Assembly: GCA_000091205.1 (NCBI GenBank)
Contig: AP006489.2
Origin: Cyanidioschyzon merolae
Taxonomy: Eukaryota
Direction: 5' to 3' (one strand)
Length of the DNA stretch: 64,000 nucleotides
A program made the translations under genes and the position numbers. Below the pieces are notes generated by a model, which saw nothing but the letters and a program-made list of their open reading frames with translations, ran no database searches and was not told where the DNA came from. Position 1 is the stretch's first letter. Every line of letters begins with the position of its first letter. Of the stretch, positions 23,546 through 33,601 are shown piece by piece.

Positions 23546-24513
23546 GAACACAAATATCATAACTGTCGCAGCACCCAAGCGTGCGGAAGATGGTACTGAT
23601 GGTAACTTACGTCAGAAAGACATAAGTCTGTTGATGCTCTCATGAGCGAGATACCATCGAGAATCCCGTATAATGAATGCAAGGAAGAAAAGTGAGACAT
23701 CGAATTCAGGTGTTAAGGGAATTTGGAAGCGATCAGCCATGTGACGAGCCGGGGAGCCGACATTGAAGCTTTTCGAGAGGTTATGAAAATTCACGCTGCT
23801 CATGACGAGAGCCTTTGGAAAGAATGCACAAAGCCCCGGTGGGCTCGTTTGCGAATGAATTTGTATTGTGAAAAGCAGCGGGCGTTCGCGAACTTTTTCA
23901 ATGAGTTGAGCGCCCTCAAGAAGGACGAGAGTGAGAGGCTCGTTGTAGCAAACGGAGCAGGGCGCTGGGCGTCCAAAAAAGGGACTACGCCAGCTCCGTC
24001 AACAAGAACGTACAAGGAGTGCGCAAGGCGTTTCGCTACGATACCTGTAGATGAGTTCCGAACGTCCTATACACTCCATGAACTGGGGTGTGCACTTCAG
24101 AGGGTCGAGATGGAAAAGTGTCAGCAGAGCCCTGAGGATATAAAAAAGTACGGACCGCTAACGGAAGAGCAAATGGAAAGGAGGGCGAAAGTTCGTGGAC
24201 TACTTCCATTAGTAAGTACAACCAGTGATGGCAAGAAACGAATGAAGTTTGTGAATCGAGACTTTAACGCCCCTATCAATAAAAGTAGATGTGCGGTACT
24301 AGAGAAAAGTCCTCCAGAATGGACAAGAGAGAACTTTGTAAGAGAACCTCTCAAAGTCGAACTATATGAGAAACAATTGGAAGCAGTAGTAGGTGGCCGC
24401 TCCAAAAGCATTGGGAGGCGTCTGCACGTCGGTTGGAGATGTCTAGTCTAGGGCGCACCATTCGCCACTCCTGTACACGGCCGGCGACAGCATTTTTCTT
24501 TTGAAAGGCGTTT
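23546..24513 (+). repeat. Right arm of inverted repeat
   Basis: See left arm. The inner boundary is the shared 'GGAACACAAATATCATAACTGTCGCAGCACCCAAGCGTGCGG'. Confidence 0.7.
23723..24451 (+). CDS. Compact (242-aa) RuvC-like TnpB/Fanzor-related protein, copy 2 (1 aa different: I vs T)
   Basis: Identical to copy 1 apart from KSIGRR versus KSTGRR. It has the same RuvC-II and RuvC-III motifs. The listed start is TTG, so the true initiator is uncertain. Confidence 0.55.
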   Translation: MEAISHVTSRGADIEAFREVMKIHAAHDESLWKECTKPRWARLRMNLYCEKQRAFANFFNELSALKKDESERLVVANGAGRWASKKGTTPAPSTRTYKECARRFATIPVDEFRTSYTLHELGCALQRVEMEKCQQSPEDIKKYGPLTEEQMERRAKVRGLLPLVSTTSDGKKRMKFVNRDFNAPINKSRCAVLEKSPPEWTRENFVREPLKVELYEKQLEAVVGGRSKSIGRRLHVGWRCLV

Positions 24514-27500
24514 GTTTTCGGGGTGTTTCCGGGCTCAACAAGAAACGCTCGTTCCCATTTAGATGCATGTCGTTGCATAAATCGGACTCGAACCAGTTGC
24601 TGGTCAGTCTGGTAGTGGAGCACGCGAAACGGGCGACACCACCTCCCGAGGAGAGTGGAATTCTCTTCGACGAGAAGGGTTCGCAAATAAGCGAGCACCA
24701 TGCTGCACCCGCATTGGAAGGAAGCTCTGCAACGTGGCCTTTTGTGCCCGCAAGGCCTAGAGAAGTTTCGTCGGGAAGCGATAATGCTTGTGAAAACGGC
24801 CGCGCTCTCAGAAGATTGCACCGGACGCCTTCACCGGAAGTAACTGGCTCTGGTTCACCGACTAGTCACGCCAACGTAGTCGGAACCTGTTTCGTCACCG
24901 GGTTTGTGGTGGAAAAAGACGACTCTGGAACGGACGTAACCGGATGCGGAGAGTCACGTGCGTCCGAGAAAACATCAGGTCGTCCTTTTCGTCGTGAGGT
25001 TACAGCTGCAGACTCCAGGCTGAACCTGAGCGGGGAGCACTTGGCCTGTGTGTCGCTTGAGCAGCTTCGCTCTCTACCTTCGCTAGCCGCGCTGAATGAA
25101 ATATCTCTTGCATCGAATAGTTTACGAAGTGTCGACTTGCGTCCACTTGCTTCCTGCCGCTCGCTGCAGGTCCTGTTACTGAACGATAACTTACTGGAAC
25201 GCATTGACTTGACGCCATTGGCAAGTTGCTCGCAGCTTGAACGACTCTGGCTGCATAGGAACAAGCTGAAACATATCGATCTGAGTCCGCTGGCCATAAG
25301 CGGAAGTGCGTTGAGGTCGCTGTACCTCAGCCGCAACGAACTGCAGGAGATCAGTCTTGCTCCTCTTGAAAAGTGCTCGAAGCTTCGCGCTTTGCAGTTA
25401 GAGGGCAACCCAAACCTCAAAGAAATAGACGTCACCCCACTGTTTGCGTGTAGAGAGTTGAGCAGTTTCGAAGCCCCCCCTCAGGCTCGGCTTATAGTTC
25501 GTGAACTGGCCGCACTGGAAGTGCAGCGCCGCAGTTATCAACAAGATTGCAACTCACTGGCCAATGTAGAGTCCAGTGAGAGCGCTCGCACCGCTGCGAT
25601 CATGCCGAGCAAACTTGTGTTACCAAAGGTATTCCGCCGCAGAGGTATTGTCTTACACTGGATCAGAGAGGCATTGCCTGACGCGAACTTGAGGGATTTA
25701 ACTGGGCAACGATCTTTGAAAGAGAACAGTGTGAATGCGGAGCTGCAGGATGCCGAACGCGGCGAGGGAATTCAGACGAACGCTTCTATGAATATAATTG
25801 CACCTGCATCCGAGGAAGCACTCTCGTCCGTGGCCGAGTTGCAAACGGGCCCCACGGCATCGAGGAACTTGGAGTCAGTGCAAGAGGACAAAACGCCTCT
25901 TTGCGCTCTGATTGTCGGGATGACCACGCATCGCCGAATATCAACTTGTCGGTTACTTGAGCAGTCGGGGACGTTGAGGGTCCTCCAATCTCCTTCAGCC
26001 GCAGCTGCACTGGATGCTTACATCAGCGCACCAGACGGGATTGACTTGATTCTGATGGAACCTGCTGAATATGAGGTCTTTTCCGAACAAGCGCAGGCAG
26101 CCTCCATTGAGATCAGCGTGCCGGTGGTGGCGGTTGGTCCTCCGGAGTTTGAACGCTCTGGCGTTTTTCGGCGGTGTATTGCCATAGGTGCAAGGGGTTT
26201 CATATCTTTTCCGTTGGATAATCGTGATGCACAGGCCTTGACGGAGGTTGCCCGCAGCTTTCGCGCATCTCGCCAAACTTCTGCTTCGCAGGTTTTGAAG
26301 GAATCCAGTGTATCCGAGTTGCTTTTGCCTACACAAGAGGTTCGAGCGGATTCGACAAGTGTTAGCCGCGATCTCTCGCCGATGAGCATGACGAACGGAA
26401 GCGATGCATCCAAGTATGGGGCAGGTATAGAGCCTGACTCCAAATGGGTCCCGTCCTGGTGGCAAAACTCCGATTCCATTCGCAAGGAAGGAAACTCCAG
26501 TCCGGCAGCCGTTTCCGACCGGATGGACACGTTTCTTTCGAAATCGGAAGGTGTCGAGGATATAGCAGAGGAGTCTTCTACGTACCGTTTTATCCAGCGC
26601 GCTGGAATTGGACACCTCCGCTCGGGGAGTCCTATATGCCGCAGTGGTTCCGAGAGCTCGCAATTTGCTTGTGAAAGAGCTGAATGGGCCAGAGTTGAGG
26701 CTATTTTCGCGCATCGAGATAAGCGACCGAGTCGAGAGCCTTGCTTCCAACTGCAGTTCATGCAACATTGCTCGAATCCTGCCACGCTTTTGATACCGAC
26801 CGATGGTTACCATTCTGCTGGCCTGGAGAGATTTGCTGATATCGCAGCAGTCTGTCGACTACCAAAAACCAGTGCTACTGTGCTGTTTCTACGTGTGCTT
26901 TCCCACCAGGATAAGCTCGCTAACAGCGGTACAAGCTCGATATCCAATGCTTTAACGCGATCAGCGAGCGAGTCGGTGTCTTCGAATTGCTGGTTGCGAA
27001 ACATCCATGTAGATGCCTTTTATCACTTTTACCGTTGCAAGCTCGCACCGATCCGATCACCGCTTGAGCGCTTCTATAATGTAATTGCATCTTCATGGCC
27101 TGGAAGTGACATACACGATTCATCTTCGTCCCTGTATGCGGAAGGAAAAATACGCAGACTGAAAGAATCCAGGGCAAGGTACGTTTCGAGATACACAATA
27201 ACCCTTTTGATTCAGGAGCTGGTTTATCGGAAGCTTTGTGTCGGGAGAAACGCTTCTGGCGTTGCAGTCCCGTATCATGCAGCGAAAGCAAATCAGGGAC
27301 AGATGAGATCTGCCCGGTATTCGTATCAGGGGAAGAGCTTTCTGTCTTCGTCAATCAATCAGAGCGGAAGCGCATCAGCGATGGAGTCCGCACACTTCTC
27401 CAGCAAGAACGGAGAAGCTGCGAGGAATGCTTTCCTTGCCTTTCGGGATGAGGTTTGTGAGGTTCTCCTTACCGCCTCCGTCGCAAGTGCATGTGTCTGG

Positions 27501-28556
27501 TTTCATCTAGGTGGCGGAAATCGAAACTATGTTCCGCTATCGATTCTGCGAAAGGTGCGCTTTGCTGAGGCAATCTTCGCGGCTGAACGCGGCATCATTG
27601 TGGATAGTTTGATGGAAATGCTTACCGGGAATGGCATCGCGCTGGTTGCCCAGAAGGAGCTCGAGACCGTCTGGAACTATAACGCACGCACTGGGACTGC
27701 AACATCGGAGCAACTAGCGTCGCGAGATGCTCCGAGCTTTGAATGCTCGATTCCTTCTGTCTCTGGATTGTCTTCCTCGTTCCCAGAACAGCAAAGCGAC
27801 GGCGCTGTCACGCAGGCGCCTTCAGGGGCTACCGAGTCCAGGGAGCAGATAGCGGGTGCAATACGTTCTTCATTTCTTCCGGACACATTTGAGTTTTCGA
27901 AATGGTGCAGAAAATTCTGTATTTCGCGAGAGGCTGCCGTATCCTACTTCCTGGATCGGGGTTCGCTCGTTCCCAAGGCAGTAGAGCAAGTGTTGAATCG
28001 TTTCCGTGGATTATCGCTCGTACAGAAACCCGCGTCCAGTGAGCACAGCGCTGCAACGCCTCAGCTCCAGGACGAGAAGACGGTTCCCGAGGATCAGAAT
28101 CTGGCACCGTTCAGCAAGTTAGGAAACGCTTCCGTAGGTGACTCTCTCAGTCCGTCGGCTTTCGTGCACCTCTTCCTGGCGTTGTGTGATCCTGGCAACG
28201 AGAAAGCACTGCACATCTTTTTTGATATTATGGATCTCGACATGGATGGGTTTATCTCAGCGGCAGATGTTGCGTACTTTTATCGAGAAAAATGCGAGAT
28301 CGCGTTTCGAGAGGGCCTAGTGCTCGCGTCTGCAAATAATCTATGGGCGCAGTTGGTAGATATGTGCAGAACGTCGGCAAATGATCCCAAACTTGAATCC
28401 AAGGGCATTACACTGAAAATGCTTCGGGATATCGGAGAGAGGCGTCGCTCCAGTTTCATTCGCAATGTGCTTTTCAAGGACGATGGCATGGCACTGGTAG
28501 ATATTCAACAGACTTTGCGGTTGGAAAACAGTCTCGCGCTCCTGAGCCAACCGTAG
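24501..28556 (+). CDS. Leucine-rich-repeat protein with C-terminal PP2A regulatory subunit B''(PR72/TON2)-type EF-hand domain
   Basis: N-terminal SDS22-like LRRs: 'LSGEHLACVSLEQLRSLPSLAALNEISLASNSLRSVDLRPLASCRSLQVLLLNDNLLERIDLTPLASCSQLERLWLHRNKLKHIDLSPL...'. The C-terminus 'FVHLFLALCDPGNEKALHIFFDIMDLDMDGFISAADVAYFYREKCE...KGITLKMLRD' is collinear with PR72 '[41 protein letters not shown]...GKITLQDLKR'. The listed start is TTG inside the repeat arm. The true start is probably the ATG at about 24567 (MSLHKSDSNQ). Confidence 0.75.
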   Translation: MKGVCFRGVSGLNKKRSFPFRCMSLHKSDSNQLLVSLVVEHAKRATPPPEESGILFDEKGSQISEHHAAPALEGSSATWPFVPARPREVSSGSDNACENGRALRRLHRTPSPEVTGSGSPTSHANVVGTCFVTGFVVEKDDSGTDVTGCGESRASEKTSGRPFRREVTAADSRLNLSGEHLACVSLEQLRSLPSLAALNEISLASNSLRSVDLRPLASCRSLQVLLLNDNLLERIDLTPLASCSQLERLWLHRNKLKHIDLSPLAISGSALRSLYLSRNELQEISLAPLEKCSKLRALQLEGNPNLKEIDVTPLFACRELSSFEAPPQARLIVRELAALEVQRRSYQQDCNSLANVESSESARTAAIMPSKLVLPKVFRRRGIVLHWIREALPDANLRDLTGQRSLKENSVNAELQDAERGEGIQTNASMNIIAPASEEALSSVAELQTGPTASRNLESVQEDKTPLCALIVGMTTHRRISTCRLLEQSGTLRVLQSPSAAAALDAYISAPDGIDLILMEPAEYEVFSEQAQAASIEISVPVVAVGPPEFERSGVFRRCIAIGARGFISFPLDNRDAQALTEVARSFRASRQTSASQVLKESSVSELLLPTQEVRADSTSVSRDLSPMSMTNGSDASKYGAGIEPDSKWVPSWWQNSDSIRKEGNSSPAAVSDRMDTFLSKSEGVEDIAEESSTYRFIQRAGIGHLRSGSPICRSGSESSQFACERAEWARVEAIFAHRDKRPSREPCFQLQFMQHCSNPATLLIPTDGYHSAGLERFADIAAVCRLPKTSATVLFLRVLSHQDKLANSGTSSISNALTRSASESVSSNCWLRNIHVDAFYHFYRCKLAPIRSPLERFYNVIASSWPGSDIHDSSSSLYAEGKIRRLKESRARYVSRYTITLLIQELVYRKLCVGRNASGVAVPYHAAKANQGQMRSARYSYQGKSFLSSSINQSGSASAMESAHFSSKNGEAARNAFLAFRDEVCEVLLTASVASACVWFHLGGGNRNYVPLSILRKVRFAEAIFAAERGIIVDSLMEMLTGNGIALVAQKELETVWNYNARTGTATSEQLASRDAPSFECSIPSVSGLSSSFPEQQSDGAVTQAPSGATESREQIAGAIRSSFLPDTFEFSKWCRKFCISREAAVSYFLDRGSLVPKAVEQVLNRFRGLSLVQKPASSEHSAATPQLQDEKTVPEDQNLAPFSKLGNASVGDSLSPSAFVHLFLALCDPGNEKALHIFFDIMDLDMDGFISAADVAYFYREKCEIAFREGLVLASANNLWAQLVDMCRTSANDPKLESKGITLKMLRDIGERRRSSFIRNVLFKDDGMALVDIQQTLRLENSLALLSQP

Positions 28557-29379
28557 GTAGATGAACGACGAGTGCGTCAGGTTGACTTCAGGGTTTGACA
28601 ATCTTGTACTGTCGCATTGGAACGACTGCGTTCTCCTGGTGCTGGACAATGGAACTCAGCTGTACATGAAGGACACCGCATATTTCGTAATCGCGCTCGC
28701 ATCGAGCTCGCTGCAGTTGCATGCTCTTTTCGGACGATTAACGGCCATGCACGGCTGCGAACATGATTATGCAGTTCGCGTCGGCGTCGCTTCTAGAGGT
28801 GTACGCCCAAAGATCCGTTCCAGTGCGCAGAAATCTCTTATGTCTGCTCTGAGCGAAGCTCGCATCGGCACTTACGGAGCTGCTTCTGTTCCCAAAGAGA
28901 CCAAATGGAAGTCTCAAGCATTTCCGCAGGCGGACACCAATAGTGCTTCCGTAGCTGAACGAGCTATCGCCCGCGCAAGTGCACCTTGCAAATGGATGGC
29001 GCGCTCCTGTGAACGCACTGGAGCCGGCTTGACACCCATGCCAGAATAGCGTGGAATGTGTCCACTTTGCAAAACTCGGACGTACACGCTGCACCCATGT
29101 CAGAATAACATGGAGCAGCTCCTCCAATACGGGCGCACGCGCCTCAAGTGGGTCCATTCCCATTGTCATGAACACCAGCCTCGCGTCCTTGTTCTCCAAC
29201 TGTTTCTTTTTCTCTCTCTTATCTCGGGCTGTAAATATGCTAGTCTCACGTTCATTCAAGCTACATTGTGACCTTGCTAAGGATTATGATGGGTGCATAA
29301 ATGCTCCGATTTCGTGATTGCCGTCTGATTTCAACGCATTTCATGCATCGATGGAAGTTGAGATCTAGGCATCGCTTGC

Positions 29380-30190
29380 AATATTCATCTCCTCTGTATA
29401 CAGCCTAGGTGCGCATTTCGCAACAATGACAGTTGGATGAGATGAGGTGTCCCCATATGTCCATCACGCCTGCCTCTTCTCCGCAGGCCGATCCAAGCCG
29501 TATGAACACGTGCTTGATCACTGAATACATGCTCTTGACGAACACAGAAGGCTTCCCACGAGCTCACCTCCATGTCGACGCCCCGTGCCGTAAAATATGA
29601 ATATGGGCTTCTTCTGGGCGGTCACCCCAGCGAGTACTCTGGATGCTGCATATGCAACGGTAAGCAATTCGATTTGATGAATGATTTGGAGAACGCGATG
29701 CGGTCCATGATGAAACACGCAGTCTACGAAAAATCTGGACTGGAGATCAACTCGAGGAATCTGGAGCCGGCTACGCTCCCTACTTGGAAGCTGGGGACAC
29801 ACTCTCTACTGGCAGCAATCGCTGCATTGGCTAAAGTCTGAAACCAAGGCCTCTTGCTTACGAAATAAACCGGACGGGAGCCCCTGGGCACATGTCGTGT
29901 AAGCGGTGCCATGCTGTTGCCGAATGCCGTATCGTCGAGAGCCACAAATGTGAGAAGATTCATCCTTCGACCGGAACTGGTTCTTTGACGTGGAAAGTTC
30001 AGTGATCATTCGGCATGAGCCTGTGATCAGATCTTTAGGAGACGGCGTCGAGTTTTTCCCCAGCACTCCAGCGGACGAATCACCGCGCCTACGAGTTCGC
30101 GTGAAACAGAAAGATCGAAAACTTGAGGAATTCGTGATTGGAACACGTTGCACGTTGGAAAACGAGAAGATTGGAGGCTTGTACGTGTGA
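29380..30190 (+). repeat. Dispersed repeat family, copy B (core ~29603-30140)
   Basis: 'ATATGGGCTTCTTCTGGGCGGTCACCCCAGCGAGTACTCTGG...GATTTGGAGAACGCGATGCGGTCCATGATGAAACA...GTCGAGTTTTTCCCC...GAAAGATCGAAAACTTGAGGAA' aligns with copies A, C and D. Confidence 0.6.
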
Positions 30191-31342
30191 ACTGGATGTC
30201 GGTATCGCGTATTTTTTGGAACTCTAGTTTGAGGACGTCGCAAATCTCCCTTACGATGAATACGTCAGGAATTACAGGAGCAGAGCGTCGAAGGAGCCAC
30301 GTCCAAAACGCAACCGAGACTCGTACAACTGCGCATGAATCCATAAGCTCTCATTGCTGCACTTCGGATGCCTAGGCTGTCTAGCCAAAAAGCTTTCGAA
30401 AAAATTCGCAACGCGGGAACAGAGCGAGCAACTTAGTGTTCATTTTACTCTAAGACGTGTCTAGGCAGCAACATGGGGCATCGAGTGATGCGGTACACAG
30501 TACTGGCGCTCGCCTCAACGCACTCGAGTATAATCGATGCTCACTAGGAATTGCCAGTCCCCAGTTACAGGGACGGGATTGCTGAACCACCAACGCATTC
30601 GCATTTGCTGTGTCCAGGCTGGCAACGAGTTCAGAGCCGCGCCCCTCATGAGCAGCCGCCTCTGGGGCTCGTGTCAGACATTGACGGGCCGCTGCTGACA
30701 TAGGAAACCGTTCTGGAGCCCGACGCTGTCGTGCGCGAGCACCTAGCCACCCTGGCGGCTGTGATGCGCAACTGCTAACTCCTGCAAGAAAGATTCCACG
30801 AACTGGACGTGTCAGATGAGCCAATGAGCCGAGCGCCCCCGCTGTTGCAGGTGTCGAGCGAAGACCTGCGTTGGAAGGCGGCAGCGCTTTTCTAAACGAC
30901 CACAAAGGAGGCGCTCGAAGCTGAGGCTATGTCCTAGTCGCCGAGTTCCGCCAGCGCTGCGTTCATCGCAGTGTGGTAACCTATGCCACAAGCCAGGGCA
31001 GAAAGCGGTAGTGGAAGCCTTTACGCTTACTGTGCGACTTCTGGAAGTCGCTTGACCCCTTGACTTCGACATCTCCAAGTTACACAGGCTTAGAGCTGGC
31101 GAAAAGTGGAGCTGTTTGCGAAGGAACTAGTGTATATTTCCTGGGTTTCTATAACAATCGCACATTAAAAGGAGTCTGCTGCGATTAATCGATCGTGTAC
31201 AAGACAGAGCCACAACGCTGCCTTTCGAGAAACAGCACCTCATCCGTTTCGCACTCGGGAGGCTCGTCCAAATTTTTGCTCCAAATTTTTTCTTGGTTCC
31301 CTGTGAGACGCTTTGGACGAGTCGTGGTCTGTTTCCTTCTAA

Positions 31343-32404
31343 ATGTCGCGTTTAGGGCCACTATATTATGCACTTGTATTTTTCATGGTCTTAGCTTACT
31401 TGAGCTTGCCTCTTGGAAAGGTCAGCTGTTCGGGGCTGGGCACTGATCCACAGGCAAACGACCCGGAGCAGCAACCCTGGCACGTGCACCCTACCTCTTT
31501 GGCGGATGTCGGCCAGTTGCAGTACTCGAGAAGTCTGCACAAACGTCGTTCTATTTCAGAGCCCGAGGCAAATGGTGATTCCAGAAATATGAGTGACTTT
31601 GTGCGGACTGCCACAGAACCCCCCCGTAACCGCTCGTTGCCGCTTTTCGTCTTCGTGGCCGGGGTCGAGGGCTCTGGACACCATGCCTTGGGCATCGCTC
31701 TGGAGCGGTGCTTTGACGTTTCGTTCTCGTTTGCTCCTGAAGTGTGGGTTGCTCAGTATTACAGCTTCACGCCGTACGTGTGGACGAGGGCGAGCGATTT
31801 TTACGAGCGGCTAGCTGCGAATAGCTATGGAGCGTCCGTTATTGGAGCACGAGCCGTGTTGGACTATCAACACTCATTTCCGTTCGGTTGGTTCCGATCG
31901 ACACTTTTTCATCCGGATCTTAACATTCTCAGGGAGCTTGATGGCGAATACTTAGATCTTCGTGTCATATTTTTGCATCGGGATCCAACAGATACGGTCA
32001 TCTCTGCGTTGAAACGCGGGTTTGTCGACGATCCCTTCCTGCAGGCGAGAATCGTCGAAGCTGCCCTGATGTATATGGACCGCTTCATAGATAAGATGGC
32101 GCCGGAGAAGGTGGCTGTAATCCATTATAACAGGTACAGAGAGCGTCCTTTAGAGTACCTGGAAACACTGTCGCGCGTCGCAGGGTACTGCAACAAGGAG
32201 GACTTGCGCGACTTTATCGTTGAAGCAGAACTAATCATAGATAGATTCAGAAAACAGCGTTTGGAGGGCAACGAGCCCAAGCAGTGCCCAAGAAGCAATC
32301 GAAGACGTCCCGAAGACTGCGATGACTTTGAAAAACGAATTCGCGCCTGGTTCGCAGCACGCTCCAAGTATTGGCCACGGTTGGCAGAAGAGCGCCTCTG
32401 GTAG
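31343..32404 (+). CDS. Secreted/Golgi sulfotransferase-like protein
   Basis: An N-terminal signal/anchor 'LGPLYYALVFFMVLAYLSLPLG'. A PAPS 5'-phosphosulfate-binding-like loop 'FVAGVEGSGHHAL'. A 3'-phosphate-binding-like 'FLHRDPTDTVISALKR' (RDP.D motif of sulfotransferases). Confidence 0.5.
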   Translation: MSRLGPLYYALVFFMVLAYLSLPLGKVSCSGLGTDPQANDPEQQPWHVHPTSLADVGQLQYSRSLHKRRSISEPEANGDSRNMSDFVRTATEPPRNRSLPLFVFVAGVEGSGHHALGIALERCFDVSFSFAPEVWVAQYYSFTPYVWTRASDFYERLAANSYGASVIGARAVLDYQHSFPFGWFRSTLFHPDLNILRELDGEYLDLRVIFLHRDPTDTVISALKRGFVDDPFLQARIVEAALMYMDRFIDKMAPEKVAVIHYNRYRERPLEYLETLSRVAGYCNKEDLRDFIVEAELIIDRFRKQRLEGNEPKQCPRSNRRRPEDCDDFEKRIRAWFAARSKYWPRLAEERLW

Positions 32405-32935
32405 AGTCGACGGGTGTACAGCAAGAGCAGCAACAGCACTGGCAACTGCAGCGCTGTTCGCCTGGTATGTACCAGCGTTCACTTTTCCCTAAAGTGGCAT
32501 ATCTTGCCCGAAAAGGGCCCGTCTATGAACCAGCAGGAGCGCAACGCATGCCCGCAGCGCTCGACCTGATGACGTCGTGATTAGACTTGCATTCTGCAGT
32601 CGCAACAGCAAAAGCAACAGCAAATATCGATCATATGGATATGCTTCGTCAAGAAGCATGTTCCAATATCGTGTCCCGCGACACTGCAATGCACAGCTTC
32701 CAGTACTTATCCAGTAGGCTGATCCGAATGAACGAGTCTCGAGATTCCATTCGAAAGCCCGGTGCCTTTTGCTCTCGTCGAGCGATCATTTCTAAAGCGT
32801 CAGTGCGCTGCAAGAGATCCAGGAAATCTTTCTGGCATCCACGGACCCATGGAGGTCCCCCAGCTCCAAAGCGCCTCTCGATACCTTGCGCATGAAGGCC
32901 GCTGCGATTGCAGCAGATCCTGCCGGTATTCGCGG

Positions 32936-33601
32936 CTAGGTTTCCTTATCTAAGGGTACTGTTTCTTCCAATTCACGCAGAAGACAAACACGAATTTCGT
33001 TGCATTCATCACCACGCAACATATCACGCGTGAAGCTCGCCCTCACAGAAAACTGCACCATTTCGAGCGCTCCCCGGATCACGCCGCAGAAGATATTGCT
33101 GTACCAAAGCGTGTTCGCTACTGCATCAGGTACCTCCACGAATTCAGCGAGTGGATTTGTGTCGAATAGTATGGAGTATGCTGTGTTGTCCGCGGCGAAG
33201 TTTGCAGGTCTCGCGCTCACTCCGAGGTACATTCGGAAAGCGACCCGTGCAACTATCTCAGCAGTTGCTTGAAAGGAACGACAGGGTGGTGCTGCAGACC
33301 GTGCTAAGAAATCATCGACTAAACGAAGTCCGATATTGTAGCCTATTCTTTCGAGCTCCTCGTTGACATCCTCAGGGGCCTGGTAGTCCAAAAAGAGCTG
33401 GCGCACGAGCGCTCCGTACGTCAGCGCAACCAGTTCAGCGCTAACTAGCTCTCCTCTTTGAAAAGCTTGCTCTCCGATCTTAGCAAGAGCAGCAACGTTG
33501 AACCCCGCAGACGGGAGCGTATCCTGCGTTTTTACACTGGTAGCGCTCGAGCTCCGCCCCGACTGGCTGGTGCTGGCGCGCTCCCCGGAGGGCTCAAACA
33601 T
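32936..33601 (-). CDS. TRAPPC3: TRAPP complex subunit 3 (Bet3)
   Basis: 'ELVALTYGALVRQLFLDYQAPEDVNEELERIGYNIGLRLVDDFLARS...FQATAEIVARVAFRMYLGVS...SILFDTNPLAEFVEVPD...LWYSNIFCGVIRGALEMVQFSVRASF...GDECNEIRV' is collinear with human TRAPPC3 '[47 protein letters not shown]...'. Confidence 0.9.
   Translation of the reverse strand: MFEPSGERASTSQSGRSSSATSVKTQDTLPSAGFNVAALAKIGEQAFQRGELVSAELVALTYGALVRQLFLDYQAPEDVNEELERIGYNIGLRLVDDFLARSAAPPCRSFQATAEIVARVAFRMYLGVSARPANFAADNTAYSILFDTNPLAEFVEVPDAVANTLWYSNIFCGVIRGALEMVQFSVRASFTRDMLRGDECNEIRVCLLRELEETVPLDKET

Larger units (their letters stand above)
22333..24513. mobile_element. Near-perfect ~2.2-kb palindrome: two inverted copies of a compact TnpB/Fanzor-like (RuvC) gene flanking a ~150-250-bp tandem-repeat core
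   Basis: The reverse complement of 22333-23300 matches 23546-24513 essentially base for base. Mirrored ORF pairs confirm this: 22395..23123(-) equals 23723..24451(+) with 1 aa difference, 23043..23234(+) equals 23612..23803(-), and others. Arm similarity continues with mismatches to about 23350/23497. Confidence 0.7.

Noticed and set aside
23722-23725. Apparent ATG start of the 242-aa RuvC-like ORF
   Set aside because: The sequence at 23723 is TTG, and an in-frame TAA lies 2 codons upstream. The supplied ORF track evidently uses ATG/GTG/TTG starts, so the true initiator, if the gene is expressed, is uncertain. I did not extend the ORF.
28561-29259. Overlapping 162-aa (+) and 173-aa (-) ORFs downstream of the LRR gene
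   Set aside because: They are mutually overlapping on opposite strands, with no conserved motifs. They are adjacent to dispersed-repeat copy B, and are likely non-coding.
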